Positions 1-8,036 of a stretch of DNA of 58,499 nt are shown here, piece by piece. Origin of the DNA: a virus (Duplodnaviria; Caudoviricetes). Position 1 is the stretch's first letter, and the number at the start of each line of letters is the position of its first letter. A program made the translations under genes and the position numbers. The notes below the pieces were generated by a model. That model was given only the letters and a program-made list of their open reading frames with translations, had not been told where the DNA came from and did not search any database. The stretch is from IMG/VR virus record IMGVR_UViG_3300046011_001509, positions 1 through 58,499 of that record. One strand, 5' to 3'.

Positions 1-129
1 GTGCATCAAGCAGTATCCGGGGTAAGGATACACAAATGTGGTATATGCCAGTCGAGATAAGGTGACTAACATTGCCCCTTCAAGAAAATAGGATAAAAAT
101 GAAAACAGGAATCTCGTGGGGGGGGGGAT
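1..129. repeat. Terminal direct repeat / circular overlap, copy 1
   Basis: 1-129 matches 58372-58499 except G10 (118-127) versus G9; indicates a circularly closed genome of about 58,371 bp. Confidence 0.97.
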
Positions 130-511
130 GATTGCCAGACATCATTCAGCGCAAGTTAGGTCGCTTCCATACGGTCAGCGAATCGTCCACGAATCGTACA
201 CCGGGGTCTTGACCAGTAATTCCTGCACATCGCTTGCAACAGCAGCAGCTAGAAGTCACCCATTGACTAGCGGCGTACTGTTCGACAAGTCCAAGGCCGT
301 CATCACCTACCACTCAATGGAAGGCATGAAGCCAATCAGAAAGAATCCACCCTGCGTGGCGTTCATTGTCCCTGACGGGTCTTTCTTGATGGTTGCCGAC
401 TACTGTCAGGCAATGGCAGTAGCGGGACTTCATTGGACTGCTTGGCTTGACTCTCAGCGGGAGCAGGCACAGAACTGGCTAGAAGCCTTCTCTTTGCTGC
501 GAACGAAATAA
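128..511 (+). CDS. Hypothetical protein, possibly SpoIIAA/STAS-like fold
   Basis: ORF from ATG128 (or GTG116); pattern YTGVLT...VLFDKSKA...VAFIV...EQAQNWL resembles SpoIIAA-like domains; 3' end overlaps the repressor 3' end. Confidence 0.45.
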   Translation: MIARHHSAQVRSLPYGQRIVHESYTGVLTSNSCTSLATAAARSHPLTSGVLFDKSKAVITYHSMEGMKPIRKNPPCVAFIVPDGSFLMVADYCQAMAVAGLHWTAWLDSQREQAQNWLEAFSLLRTK

Positions 512-845
512 GGGTCTGGCTGGCTGCAACGAAGGCGCTCTGCTTTGTTGCATCATCCATATCCATTGAATCAAAGGTAGCTGCCAGCAGGTTCGCAAGT
601 TCCGAGAAGTCCTGCGAAGCCTTTGGCATCTCCTGCTCTCCGTCAAGCCACTTCTTTGGCATGTGCAGACATGTCTCAAAGTGCCGCGCAGTCTTCTCGC
701 CGAATGATTTTCCTGCACTCAGCACCAGCGACACATAAGAGCGGGTCTTCCCGGTTCGTGTAGCCACATCCACTTGGGATAGATGTCGGGTACTCATCCA
801 CTCGGATAGCCGGGTTCGTCTCATTTCAAACGTTTTGTTTTCCAT
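363..845 (-). CDS. CI-like XRE HTH repressor (no S24 peptidase domain seen)
   Basis: RLSEWMSTRHLSQVDVATRTGKTRSYVSLVLSAGKSFGEKTARHFETCLHMPKKWLD is a typical phage repressor HTH; divergent from a cro-like gene; start chosen at ATG845 (MENKTF). Confidence 0.85.
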   Translation of the reverse strand: MENKTFEMRRTRLSEWMSTRHLSQVDVATRTGKTRSYVSLVLSAGKSFGEKTARHFETCLHMPKKWLDGEQEMPKASQDFSELANLLAATFDSMDMDDATKQSAFVAASQTLISFAAKRRLLASSVPAPAESQAKQSNEVPLLPLPDSSRQPSRKTRQGQ

Positions 846-880
846 AGAGGAATCATCCCAGATATTTGTTTCCTTTTCTA

Positions 881-909
881 TTGCATGCAACTTTACCTTT
901 TGGGATAAT
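881..909 (+). promoter_or_regulatory. Sigma70 promoter (PR-like) for the cro operon
   Basis: TTGCAT(881-886)-17 nt-GATAAT(904-909) with extended TG; predicted TSS falls at about the ATG916. Confidence 0.7.
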
Positions 910-915
910 GCCGCT

Positions 916-1134
916 ATGTCTAAATTCTCACAATGGCTTGAAGCCGAACCCGGTAGATCGTCAGCATTGGCTAGGCACATTGGGTACTCCCGTTCATTTG
1001 TTGCAAATGTCAAAGCTGGTCGCAAGAGGATGCCGCCCCACTGGTTTGAGCATGTCGTTGAGTTCGCCAGTGGCGACTTGTCGTATGCAGACCTCGTACC
1101 CAAACAACCGTTGGGCACCAGAAGGCGTGTATGA
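916..1134 (+). CDS. Cro/YdaS-like HTH regulator
   Basis: MSKFSQWLEAEPGRSSALARHIGYSRSFVANVKAGRKRMP; position divergent from the repressor. Confidence 0.85.
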   Translation: MSKFSQWLEAEPGRSSALARHIGYSRSFVANVKAGRKRMPPHWFEHVVEFASGDLSYADLVPKQPLGTRRRV

Positions 1135-1346
1135 GAAACGTCAAAGCTGGAAAAGACTTTCATATCCGTATCTCCGAGTCAATGGCTGACAGATTGCGGG
1201 TCATGGCTGAGTTTCATAACCAGCCTGAGAACTTCCTTGCTGCGATTCTTCTGGAGGAAATTATTGCGGGGAAATTCCACAGCTTCAGTATGGCTGCAAA
1301 GCGAATCAACAGTTTGGGATTGACAGGGATTGACCGTGACGAATGA
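1131..1346 (+). CDS. Small ribbon-helix-helix-like regulator (cII position)
   Basis: KDFHIRISESMADRLRVMAE is RHH-like; ATGA coupling to cro. Confidence 0.6.
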   Translation: MRNVKAGKDFHIRISESMADRLRVMAEFHNQPENFLAAILLEEIIAGKFHSFSMAAKRINSLGLTGIDRDE

Positions 1347-1470
1347 CCTTCGTGAGAGTGTACTGGCCCATTGCAAGTGGATCGCCACGTTCGACAGGGA
1401 CTACGCAGTCTGGGCGTTCAAGCGCTACTGCGAACAGATGCCTTGGCTTGAATTGCGGAGGCGCAAGTGA
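1336..1470 (+). CDS. Small hypothetical protein (44 aa, MTNDLRESVLAHCKWIATFDRDYAVWAFKRYCEQMPWLELRRRK)
   Basis: Read manually; GTG start, stop overlaps the next gene start (GTGA); not in the ORF track. Confidence 0.55.
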   Translation: MTNDLRESVLAHCKWIATFDRDYAVWAFKRYCEQMPWLELRRRK

Positions 1471-1991
1471 TCGTTCAGTTGACTGCTCAAGAATTAATCC
1501 TTGCCGCCCACTATGCAGGCTTGATAGAGGGCGTCAAAAGCGTTCAGGTAAAGGCCCATAGCGCATCGAACAAACGCATATCCAGCATGGGCGACTTCGC
1601 AATCCAGTACGCCGGGATGCTGGGCGAGGTTGCAGTTGCAAGGGTAATAGGCGCAGACGTTCAGCACGCCATTACTCGCGGTGGTGATGGCAAGTCAGAC
1701 CTTGATGTAAATGGTCGCACCATTCAAGTCAAGACCAGCACACACACAAAGACCGGGGAAGAGCGCAGGTTGATATTCAACAACGAGTCTGACTTTGCAA
1801 CAGAGTGGGCAGTATCCTGTTCCATTCAATCCGCATCGACTGTTGAGATTCACGGCTTCATTAGCAAGTCCCGTTTCCTGAAAAGGATGTTCATAGATGA
1901 CTTCGGCTACGGAGACAGAAGTTGCGTTGTTGAAAGCGACCTTACCCCAATCGAGAGATTCCAAGAGGCACTAAAGGCGACGGCACCATGA
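1467..1991 (+). CDS. PD-(D/E)xK nuclease-fold protein
   Basis: GMLGEVAVA...DGKSDLDVNGRTIQVKTS matches the E...D...(Q/E)xK pattern. Confidence 0.65.
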   Translation: MIVQLTAQELILAAHYAGLIEGVKSVQVKAHSASNKRISSMGDFAIQYAGMLGEVAVARVIGADVQHAITRGGDGKSDLDVNGRTIQVKTSTHTKTGEERRLIFNNESDFATEWAVSCSIQSASTVEIHGFISKSRFLKRMFIDDFGYGDRSCVVESDLTPIERFQEALKATAP

Positions 1992-2266
1992 AACAAACCG
2001 ACATTCTCAGAGGATTTATGAACGAAGACTCCAGCGCTACGACAAATGTAATGAACCTACTGATTATTCTCCTTAGCAAACTCTGGGACGAGTATGACCG
2101 GGATACAGGAGAGTTGCATCCAAGAGGGGTTGACTATCTTGAGACGGCGGCGGCTGTATCAATTTTCTACTACGGCAAGCTAACTGGTGGCAACCCAAAG
2201 CCAATAACCGGGGCACCAGCAGAAATACTCTCCGAAATCGAATCTATGGGAGCGCAACTGCAATGA
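1988..2266 (+). CDS. Hypothetical helical protein
   Basis: ATGA-coupled 92-aa ORF. Confidence 0.65.
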   Translation: MKQTDILRGFMNEDSSATTNVMNLLIILLSKLWDEYDRDTGELHPRGVDYLETAAAVSIFYYGKLTGGNPKPITGAPAEILSEIESMGAQLQ

Positions 2267-2652
2267 AAAGAGCTACTGCGCTAAGGTATTGCACCGAAAT
2301 TAACCGCAGAGTTTCATCTGTTAGTGGGCTGCTCTCTACCCCTCTTTGCGATTACGAAGCCGCAAGAATCTCAAGGATATGGTGTTTCGGAAGCACCGCA
2401 AAAGGGTCATTTACTCCAAGGGACTTGGACTTGCTAATTGAGATGAAAGATGCCGGTAGACACCTAACATGGAGGCAATCACGGGTTGACAAAAGATACC
2501 TACACTCCTATGGAATCAAGTCTGCACCTAGCTCAAGAGAGTATGCGCTGAAGTGGCTAACCAAAGGAATGAGGATGGTTAGCCGCCATGTGGATGACGA
2601 CCCAAACGGACCAAGAATTCTCGTCTATCCGAAGTGTGAGATGTTGGCATGA
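2263..2652 (+). CDS. Minimal nucleotidyltransferase (Pol-beta superfamily)-like protein
   Basis: RIWCFGSTAKGSFTPRDLDLLIE fits the hGS...DhDh motif. Confidence 0.7.
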   Translation: MKRATALRYCTEINRRVSSVSGLLSTPLCDYEAARISRIWCFGSTAKGSFTPRDLDLLIEMKDAGRHLTWRQSRVDKRYLHSYGIKSAPSSREYALKWLTKGMRMVSRHVDDDPNGPRILVYPKCEMLA

Positions 2653-3044
2653 AACAAACATTCAGATTGGTTCACTCAGAGGCAAGAGCAAGGGCCGCGT
2701 CAGCAGTTGAGAAAGCACCAGACGAATGGGTTGTCACGGTGTCTGAGCCGAATAGGTCATTGGAACAGAATGCCGCGCAATGGCCGCTCTTGCAGGCGTT
2801 TGCAGATCAGCACCAGCTATGCATCAACGGAAAGATGGAGTGGGCTACAGCAGACGATTGGAAAGACATTCTGACTGCCACCTACAAGGCAGATATGCGG
2901 GTAGCAGTGTTTGAGGATCGGATGATTCTTTTGGGCCAGCGTACCAGCAAGTTCGGCAAAAAAGGATTTTCTGAATGGCTTGAGTACCTTCATTCAATGG
3001 CTGCGCAGATGGACATTGACTTGAACTACCGGGATGCCGCATGA
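2649..3044 (+). CDS. ninB: NinB/Orf recombination protein
   Basis: VTVSEPNRSLEQNA...WKDILT...LGQRTSKFGKKGFSEWLEYL typical of NinB. Confidence 0.9.
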   Translation: MKQTFRLVHSEARARAASAVEKAPDEWVVTVSEPNRSLEQNAAQWPLLQAFADQHQLCINGKMEWATADDWKDILTATYKADMRVAVFEDRMILLGQRTSKFGKKGFSEWLEYLHSMAAQMDIDLNYRDAA

Positions 3045-3403
3045 ACAGTTACGAGCTTGTGCTACCGCTTGGACCTTCAGACAACCACTACTACGGGCAG
3101 CATGGTCATAGGAAGTACATCAAGCCTGCTGGCGTTGCGTTTCGTCAAGAGGTGGCTCTCGCTGTTAGGTTAGCGAAGCTACCAAAGATGGAGGGTGATC
3201 TGTGCATGGTTGTAAGGGTGTACGCCAAAACAAAACACAAGCTGTTCGACCCACTCAACAGGGCAAAAGCGTTGTGTGACGCGCTTACACATGCTGGCCT
3301 TATGGAAGATGACAGCCAGCTAAAAGACTCTCGCTTTATCTACGGTGGCGTATCCCCACCCGGCAGGATTGAAGTGCTGATTGGAGAGCTATATGCATCG
3401 TGA
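3041..3403 (+). CDS. rusA: RusA-like Holliday junction resolvase
   Basis: LPLGPSDNHYY...DPLNRAKALCDALTHAGLMEDDSQ. Confidence 0.88.
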   Translation: MNSYELVLPLGPSDNHYYGQHGHRKYIKPAGVAFRQEVALAVRLAKLPKMEGDLCMVVRVYAKTKHKLFDPLNRAKALCDALTHAGLMEDDSQLKDSRFIYGGVSPPGRIEVLIGELYAS

Positions 3404-3680
3404 TAAGAAGCTGCTCAAGCTGGCTCGTGACCAGTCATGCGTGTCTTGCGGGGCGCAGGATGGAACTGTGGTGTGGGCGCATGCCAACGGTGGAGAGTGG
3501 GGCAAGGGCATGGGCATCAAGGCACACGATTGCATGGGCATGTTCTTGTGCAGCATCTGCCACCACCAGCTTGACCAAGGGTTCCTGTGGACCCGCGAAG
3601 AGAAGCGTGAGTTCACCTACAAAATGATTTGCAAAACCCATATCAAGCTGTGGGAAGAAGGGCTGGTGAAGGTTGCATGA
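3393..3680 (+). CDS. DUF1364/Ref-like zinc-binding HNH-fold protein
   Basis: ARDQSCVSCG...TVVWAH...GKGMGIKAHD...LCSICH. Confidence 0.8.
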   Translation: MHRDKKLLKLARDQSCVSCGAQDGTVVWAHANGGEWGKGMGIKAHDCMGMFLCSICHHQLDQGFLWTREEKREFTYKMICKTHIKLWEEGLVKVA

Positions 3681-4183
3681 GTGATGACGAACAAACAACA
3701 ATGGTCGAGCGATACATGGTCGCCACCACAACCAGCAATCTAAAGGTCGTAGAGCGCACCACACTTAGCGCCACCGACATCCTTGCAGCAGCAGGCATGG
3801 CTGGTCGCAAGCATGGTCTGGCAACACAACTATGGATGCTAAACCACTCGCCAACACCAGCACTCATTAAGCGTGTCAAGCCCAAGCTAATGGCGCGGCT
3901 TGATGATTACATGCAGTACAAGAAACTCAAAGGAAGAGTCAGCCGCATCACCGAGCAAGTCATGGTGTGGCACATCGACAACGTATGCCCAGAGTGCGAT
4001 GGTCAGATGCGAGAACGCATAGGTGGAACGCCACACCTTAGCGATACACCCTGCCCTGCCTGCAATGGGTCAGGGCACAGGGAACTGCACACAGAGAACG
4101 ACCAAGCGGCTCTGTGGTTGGCTGATGAAATCAAAGCACTGTCATCCAGTGCCGAGACTGCCATCAGAAGACGAATCAAGTAA
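3677..4183 (+). CDS. Putative late antiterminator (Q-like, Zn finger)
   Basis: DILAAAGMA N-terminal motif, CPECDG...CPACNG zinc finger, located after nin/rusA genes. Confidence 0.65.
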   Translation: MSDDEQTTMVERYMVATTTSNLKVVERTTLSATDILAAAGMAGRKHGLATQLWMLNHSPTPALIKRVKPKLMARLDDYMQYKKLKGRVSRITEQVMVWHIDNVCPECDGQMRERIGGTPHLSDTPCPACNGSGHRELHTENDQAALWLADEIKALSSSAETAIRRRIK

Positions 4184-4219
4184 AGGTTAATTTTTTTGCT
4201 TAAATTATTCACCTTTTGC

Positions 4220-4248
4220 TTGCTTCTGGGTTGTCCTTTTGGTAAACT
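4220..4248 (+). promoter_or_regulatory. Sigma70 promoter for the recombination operon
   Basis: TTGCTT-17 nt-TAAACT with extended TG, AT-rich intergenic region. Confidence 0.65.
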
Positions 4249-4272
4249 GAAATTCAAATAAAGGGGAATGAA

Positions 4273-5196
4273 ATGAGCAACATATCTGTCATTCAAGGTG
4301 ACATCTACGGAGTCCAAGCGCAGTTCAATTCTGTGCTGACGGACAAGTCAATCAACTTCGAGCGTGAAGCTGGCTTTGCCTTGCAGATCATTGAAGGCAA
4401 CGACTATGCCCAGCGAATCGCAATCAGCAACCGCCAGTCGGTCATCAACGCTGTGGTCAACATCGCAGCCATTGGCATCAGCCTGAACCCAGCCAAGAAG
4501 CAAGCCTACCTTGTGCCACGCGACGGGAAGATTTGCTTGGACATTTCGTACATGGGCCTGATTGACTTAGCTGTGCAAGACGGTGCTTGCAAGTGGGCCA
4601 AGGCAGAGCTTGTGTACGAGACGGATGCATTCACCCTCAATGGCGCAGGCATTGCCCCTACCCATACCTACAACCCGTTCTCGAAAGAGCGTGGCGCAAT
4701 TGTTGGCGCGTACTGCGTAGCCAAGCTGCCTGATGGCGACTACCTGACAGAGACGATGAGCTTGGACGAAATCAATTCCATCCGTGACCGTAGCTCTGCA
4801 TGGAAGGCATGGATTGAAAAGCATAAGAAGTGCCCGTGGGTCACAGACTTTGGCGAGATGGCGCGGAAGACAGTCGTCAAGCGTGGGTCCAAGTATTGGG
4901 CATCGTCAGGCAGCGACCGACTCCAGCAGGCAATCCATCACCTGAATGTGGACGGTGACGAAGGTCTTGCCTCTATCAATGAGAAGCCAGTTTCCAGCTT
5001 TGATGTCTTGACCGCATGTGAACTGGTCAACAACTGCAAAACCATAGAGAAATTGCAAGAGGTCTGGAAAGAGCAAGGCGCAAAAGCCGTAGCCCAAAAA
5101 GACAAGGGTGGTCATGCCGCTCTAAAGAACGCAGTGCTTGAAAAGAAAGATGCGCTTGAGAAGGAATTGATTGTTGACATGGAGGAGGAGAAATGA
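4273..5196 (+). CDS. recT: RecT-family ssDNA annealing protein
   Basis: GISLNPAKKQAYLVPR...ISYMGLIDLA...PWVTDFGEMARKTVVKR. Confidence 0.93.
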   Translation: MSNISVIQGDIYGVQAQFNSVLTDKSINFEREAGFALQIIEGNDYAQRIAISNRQSVINAVVNIAAIGISLNPAKKQAYLVPRDGKICLDISYMGLIDLAVQDGACKWAKAELVYETDAFTLNGAGIAPTHTYNPFSKERGAIVGAYCVAKLPDGDYLTETMSLDEINSIRDRSSAWKAWIEKHKKCPWVTDFGEMARKTVVKRGSKYWASSGSDRLQQAIHHLNVDGDEGLASINEKPVSSFDVLTACELVNNCKTIEKLQEVWKEQGAKAVAQKDKGGHAALKNAVLEKKDALEKELIVDMEEEK

Positions 5197-5816
5197 TTGT
5201 CATCGACGTAGCGCAAGGAACAGATGCTTGGTATCAAGCGCGGCTTGGTCGCCCAACTGGAAGCGTGTACTCGGATGTGCTTGCGAAAGGGACAGGAATT
5301 ACTCGCCGCAAGCTGGTTGTGAAGCTGGCGCTTGAGCTTGTGACTCAGAAGCCTGCTCCATCAATCTTCAAGAACCAAGCGATGCTGGATGGAACTGAGC
5401 GCGAGCCATTTGCAAGAGCGCTGTATGAGTCATCTCGTGGCGTGTTTGTTGATGAGGTTGGGTTCTGCCAGCACGACACGATCTTCACTGGCGTCAGCCC
5501 TGACGGGTTGATTGGTAAAGACGGGATGTGTGAGTTCAAGTGTCCAGTCGAGTCTACGCACCGTGACTATATGCAGCGCAAGGATGAGCCACCGGAGTAC
5601 CGCGCACAGATTCAGGGCCAGTTATGGGTTGCAGAACGTGAATGGTGCGATTTCGCCAGCTATCACCCGGATTACCCAGAGAACGCGCAACTGATTGTTC
5701 GTCGCGTGTTTCGCAATGAGGACTACATCAAGAACCTTGAAGCCGAAATCATTCGGTTCAACGAAGAGGTATTGATTGAGGCTGAGTCAATTCGCAACTA
5801 CAAGGAGGCCGCATGA
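5193..5816 (+). CDS. YqaJ/lambda-exonuclease family protein
   Basis: QGTDAWYQARLG...GTEREPFAR...GVSPDGL...EFKCP...QIQGQLWV. Confidence 0.93.
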   Translation: MIVIDVAQGTDAWYQARLGRPTGSVYSDVLAKGTGITRRKLVVKLALELVTQKPAPSIFKNQAMLDGTEREPFARALYESSRGVFVDEVGFCQHDTIFTGVSPDGLIGKDGMCEFKCPVESTHRDYMQRKDEPPEYRAQIQGQLWVAEREWCDFASYHPDYPENAQLIVRRVFRNEDYIKNLEAEIIRFNEEVLIEAESIRNYKEAA

Positions 5817-5998
5817 CCGCAGACGAATACCGGGATGAGCTTAACAAGCTGGTCCGCAAGGCACCAAGGCCCGAGTCAATCGCAACTGTGCAGGCAGCTA
5901 GAGCTTTCAAGGATGCGGCAAAGAAAGCGCAGAAGGTAGGCAGCAAAAGCCTGATGCAACTCCAAACCATTTACAACCAACTTAGAGGATTTTACTGA
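5813..5998 (+). CDS. Hypothetical protein
   Basis: Coupled ORF with SD (AGGAGG). Confidence 0.65.
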   Translation: MTADEYRDELNKLVRKAPRPESIATVQAARAFKDAAKKAQKVGSKSLMQLQTIYNQLRGFY

Positions 5999-6204
5999 TG
6001 GCTACGAGGATTTACAAAACCATACAAGGCGACACAGTTCGCCTTGTCCGTGCAAACACACCAGCTACTGCGCGTAGCTTTGTCGCAAAGGACACGATTC
6101 AAGTGAGCGTTGCATCGCCTGATGACACCTACGAACTTGCGACCAAAGGCGTGAAGGTTGAAGACACAACGGATGCGCCCGCACAACTGGAGATTGGCGA
6201 ATGA
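5998..6204 (+). CDS. Hypothetical protein
   Basis: Coupled ORF with SD (GAGGA). Confidence 0.7.
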   Translation: MATRIYKTIQGDTVRLVRANTPATARSFVAKDTIQVSVASPDDTYELATKGVKVEDTTDAPAQLEIGE

Positions 6205-6506
6205 AAACATTTGAAGAACTTGAATCATTGGTCGTTGGTTGGGCTAAGGCGCGACGAATCATTCCTAATGCGAAGCCGCACACGCAACTGATGAAAGCGT
6301 TCTCGGAAATGGGAGAGATTGCTGATGCAGAAATCAAAGACGACACCGCTGGGATTGTCGATGGATTGGGCGATGTCATCGTATGCCTCCTTAACTACGC
6401 AGCACTCAAGAATCTAAATCTTGTTGCCTGCCTTGAGGTCGCCTACGACGAAATCAAAGACAGAACCGGAACTCTTACGCCAGAAGGCGTCTTCATCAAG
6501 GATTAA
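6201..6506 (+). CDS. MazG-like NTP pyrophosphohydrolase
   Basis: WAKARRI...QLMKAFSEMGEIA...DGLGDVIV...CLEVAYDEIKDRTG. Confidence 0.88.
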   Translation: MKTFEELESLVVGWAKARRIIPNAKPHTQLMKAFSEMGEIADAEIKDDTAGIVDGLGDVIVCLLNYAALKNLNLVACLEVAYDEIKDRTGTLTPEGVFIKD

Positions 6507-6508
6507 AA

Positions 6509-6949
6509 ATGAACGTTATATCTATCAGCGGCAACGTAACTAAGGATGGAGAAATCCGCACCATCCCGTCAGGAGAGTCAGTCCTGCAATTCAGCGTTGC
6601 TGACAACATGATCGGCAAAGACAAAGGCGCTATCTTTTGGAACTGCTCGTTCTGGGGTAAGCGCGGGGTTGCAGTTGCAGACTTCATTCGCAAGGGACAG
6701 CCAGTAACCGTGAACGGGTCCATCTCAGAGCGGTCATACGTTGACAAGGATGGGCAGCAACGCAAGTCTATAGACGTGCATGTCAATGACATCGCATTGC
6801 AAGGTGGGAAGCCACAAGGAACACAGGAGCCACGCGAACCACGGCAGGCACCTACCCCATCGCCACGACCACAAGCGCAGCGCACAGCCCCGGCTGCTGC
6901 GTCTGGTAGCGGGTTTGATGATTTCGACAGTTCGGACGTGCCGTTCTAG
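6509..6949 (+). CDS. ssb: Single-stranded DNA-binding protein
   Basis: ISGNVTKDGEIR...FWNCSFWGKR...KGQPVTVNG; acidic C-terminus DDFDSSDVPF. Confidence 0.95.
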   Translation: MNVISISGNVTKDGEIRTIPSGESVLQFSVADNMIGKDKGAIFWNCSFWGKRGVAVADFIRKGQPVTVNGSISERSYVDKDGQQRKSIDVHVNDIALQGGKPQGTQEPREPRQAPTPSPRPQAQRTAPAAASGSGFDDFDSSDVPF

Positions 6950-6951
6950 CC

Positions 6952-7191
6952 ATGAACAAACGCTGCAATCGCTGTGGTGCGCGTAAAGACGAGACTCACT
7001 TTGAGCTTTCGTCTTTAGCAAAGGATGGCTACCGAGCAACATGCAACGAGTGCCTTGCCAAGCCAGAGCCGAAAGCTACTGTCAAGGCAGGCACCATCAA
7101 TAAGTTCGCCGGAACTTACAAGCCAGAGAAGAACCTTTACTGCCGTGAGCAGGACAACAAATCCATCAAGTCTCACGGAACACCTTGCTAG
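6952..7191 (+). CDS. Zinc-finger hypothetical protein
   Basis: CNRC...CNEC. Confidence 0.6.
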   Translation: MNKRCNRCGARKDETHFELSSLAKDGYRATCNECLAKPEPKATVKAGTINKFAGTYKPEKNLYCREQDNKSIKSHGTPC

Positions 7192-7199
7192 GAATCATC

Positions 7200-7373
7200 A
7201 TGACAAAAGACCCGTTTGATGTAACCAGTTCGCTCTTTGTCGATGATAAAGAAGATCGCACATGGTCGTTCATTGACAAGGCGTTTGGCCTGATCTGGAA
7301 CTTCTTTGCTGCCATCGGCATGACCGTCTTTTTGATGTTCTCGATTGGCTACTTTATGGAGACGTGGAAATGA
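7200..7373 (+). CDS. Small membrane protein
   Basis: Hydrophobic C-terminal stretch FGLIWNFFAAIGMTVFLMFSIGYF. Confidence 0.6.
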   Translation: MTKDPFDVTSSLFVDDKEDRTWSFIDKAFGLIWNFFAAIGMTVFLMFSIGYFMETWK

Positions 7374-7576
7374 TCGAAGACACAGAATCAATTGTCATAG
7401 CCGACATCAAGAAGCGCCAGCAACTGGGCATTAAGAAGTACGGCACTACTGTCGCAAACAACCCTCTATATCTGCGTGAATGGCTTGAGCATGCCTACCA
7501 AGAAAGTCTTGATTTGGCGATCTATCTTAAGCGTTCGATGCAGGAAGCTGACAGGCTTGGAGATGATGGCAAATAG
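7370..7576 (+). CDS. Small all-alpha phage protein, NTP-pyrophosphatase-like
   Basis: GIKKYGTT...EWLEHAYQESLDLAIYLKR, a motif common in phages. Confidence 0.7.
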   Translation: MIEDTESIVIADIKKRQQLGIKKYGTTVANNPLYLREWLEHAYQESLDLAIYLKRSMQEADRLGDDGK

Positions 7577-7652
7577 CATCACTTGGCGCTGCGGACTGTG
7601 CGGCGCAGTATTTACCCACCCATCACCCGTGTGTAGAAAGTGCCACCCATGA
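7566..7652 (+). CDS. 28-aa Zn-ribbon microprotein (MANSITWRCGLCGAVFTHPSPVCRKCHP)
   Basis: Manual read; CxxC-x10-CxxC; GGAG upstream; ATGA coupling downstream. Confidence 0.5.
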   Translation: MANSITWRCGLCGAVFTHPSPVCRKCHP

Positions 7653-7762
7653 AGCGCCTACTTGAAGCAATCGCAGTGCTGTTCCTCGTAGTGTGGGCAC
7701 TGCTCTACTTTATTTTCATTGGCCCTTACAACAAATGGACTACAGGAAGGTGGTGGTTATGA
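7649..7762 (+). CDS. 37-aa single-TM microprotein
   Basis: Manual read: MKRLLEAIAVLFLVVWALLYFIFIGPYNKWTTGRWWL; ATGA-coupled at both ends. Confidence 0.55.
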   Translation: MKRLLEAIAVLFLVVWALLYFIFIGPYNKWTTGRWWL

Positions 7763-7827
7763 AACTAATCTGGACACCAACAGACTGGGGCCGCGCACGT
7801 GTTGTAGCGCGGTGGGTGCGGGTATGA
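7759..7827 (+). CDS. 22-aa microprotein (MKLIWTPTDWGRARVVARWVRV)
   Basis: Manual read; ATGA-coupled at both ends. Confidence 0.45.
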   Translation: MKLIWTPTDWGRARVVARWVRV

Positions 7828-8036
7828 CTGACCTACCAGAGCCAGCAATCAAAGTGTGGCTGCACGAAAACCCAAACTCGCCTGAGTTCACGCCCCTCAT
7901 TGGCTACACCGCCGCCCAAATGAAAGCCTACGGCGAAGCGTGTCGCAAGGCTGCGATTGCTGGGTGCATCGAAATCACAGAGCAATGGGGTCCGCTTGGC
8001 GTCCACTTTGCACAGACATTGAAGGAATTGAAATGA
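7824..8036 (+). CDS. Hypothetical protein
   Basis: MTDLPEP...YTAAQMKAYG, phage-type small protein. Confidence 0.65.
   Translation: MTDLPEPAIKVWLHENPNSPEFTPLIGYTAAQMKAYGEACRKAAIAGCIEITEQWGPLGVHFAQTLKELK

Noticed and set aside
846-1163. N-terminal extension of the 266-aa repressor ORF
   Set aside because: Overlaps cro and its promoter on the opposite strand; HTH similarity begins only after Met at 845
1343-1561. 72-aa ORF in the track
   Set aside because: Overlaps the next gene extensively; the 1336-1470 frame couples cleanly and looks more protein-like
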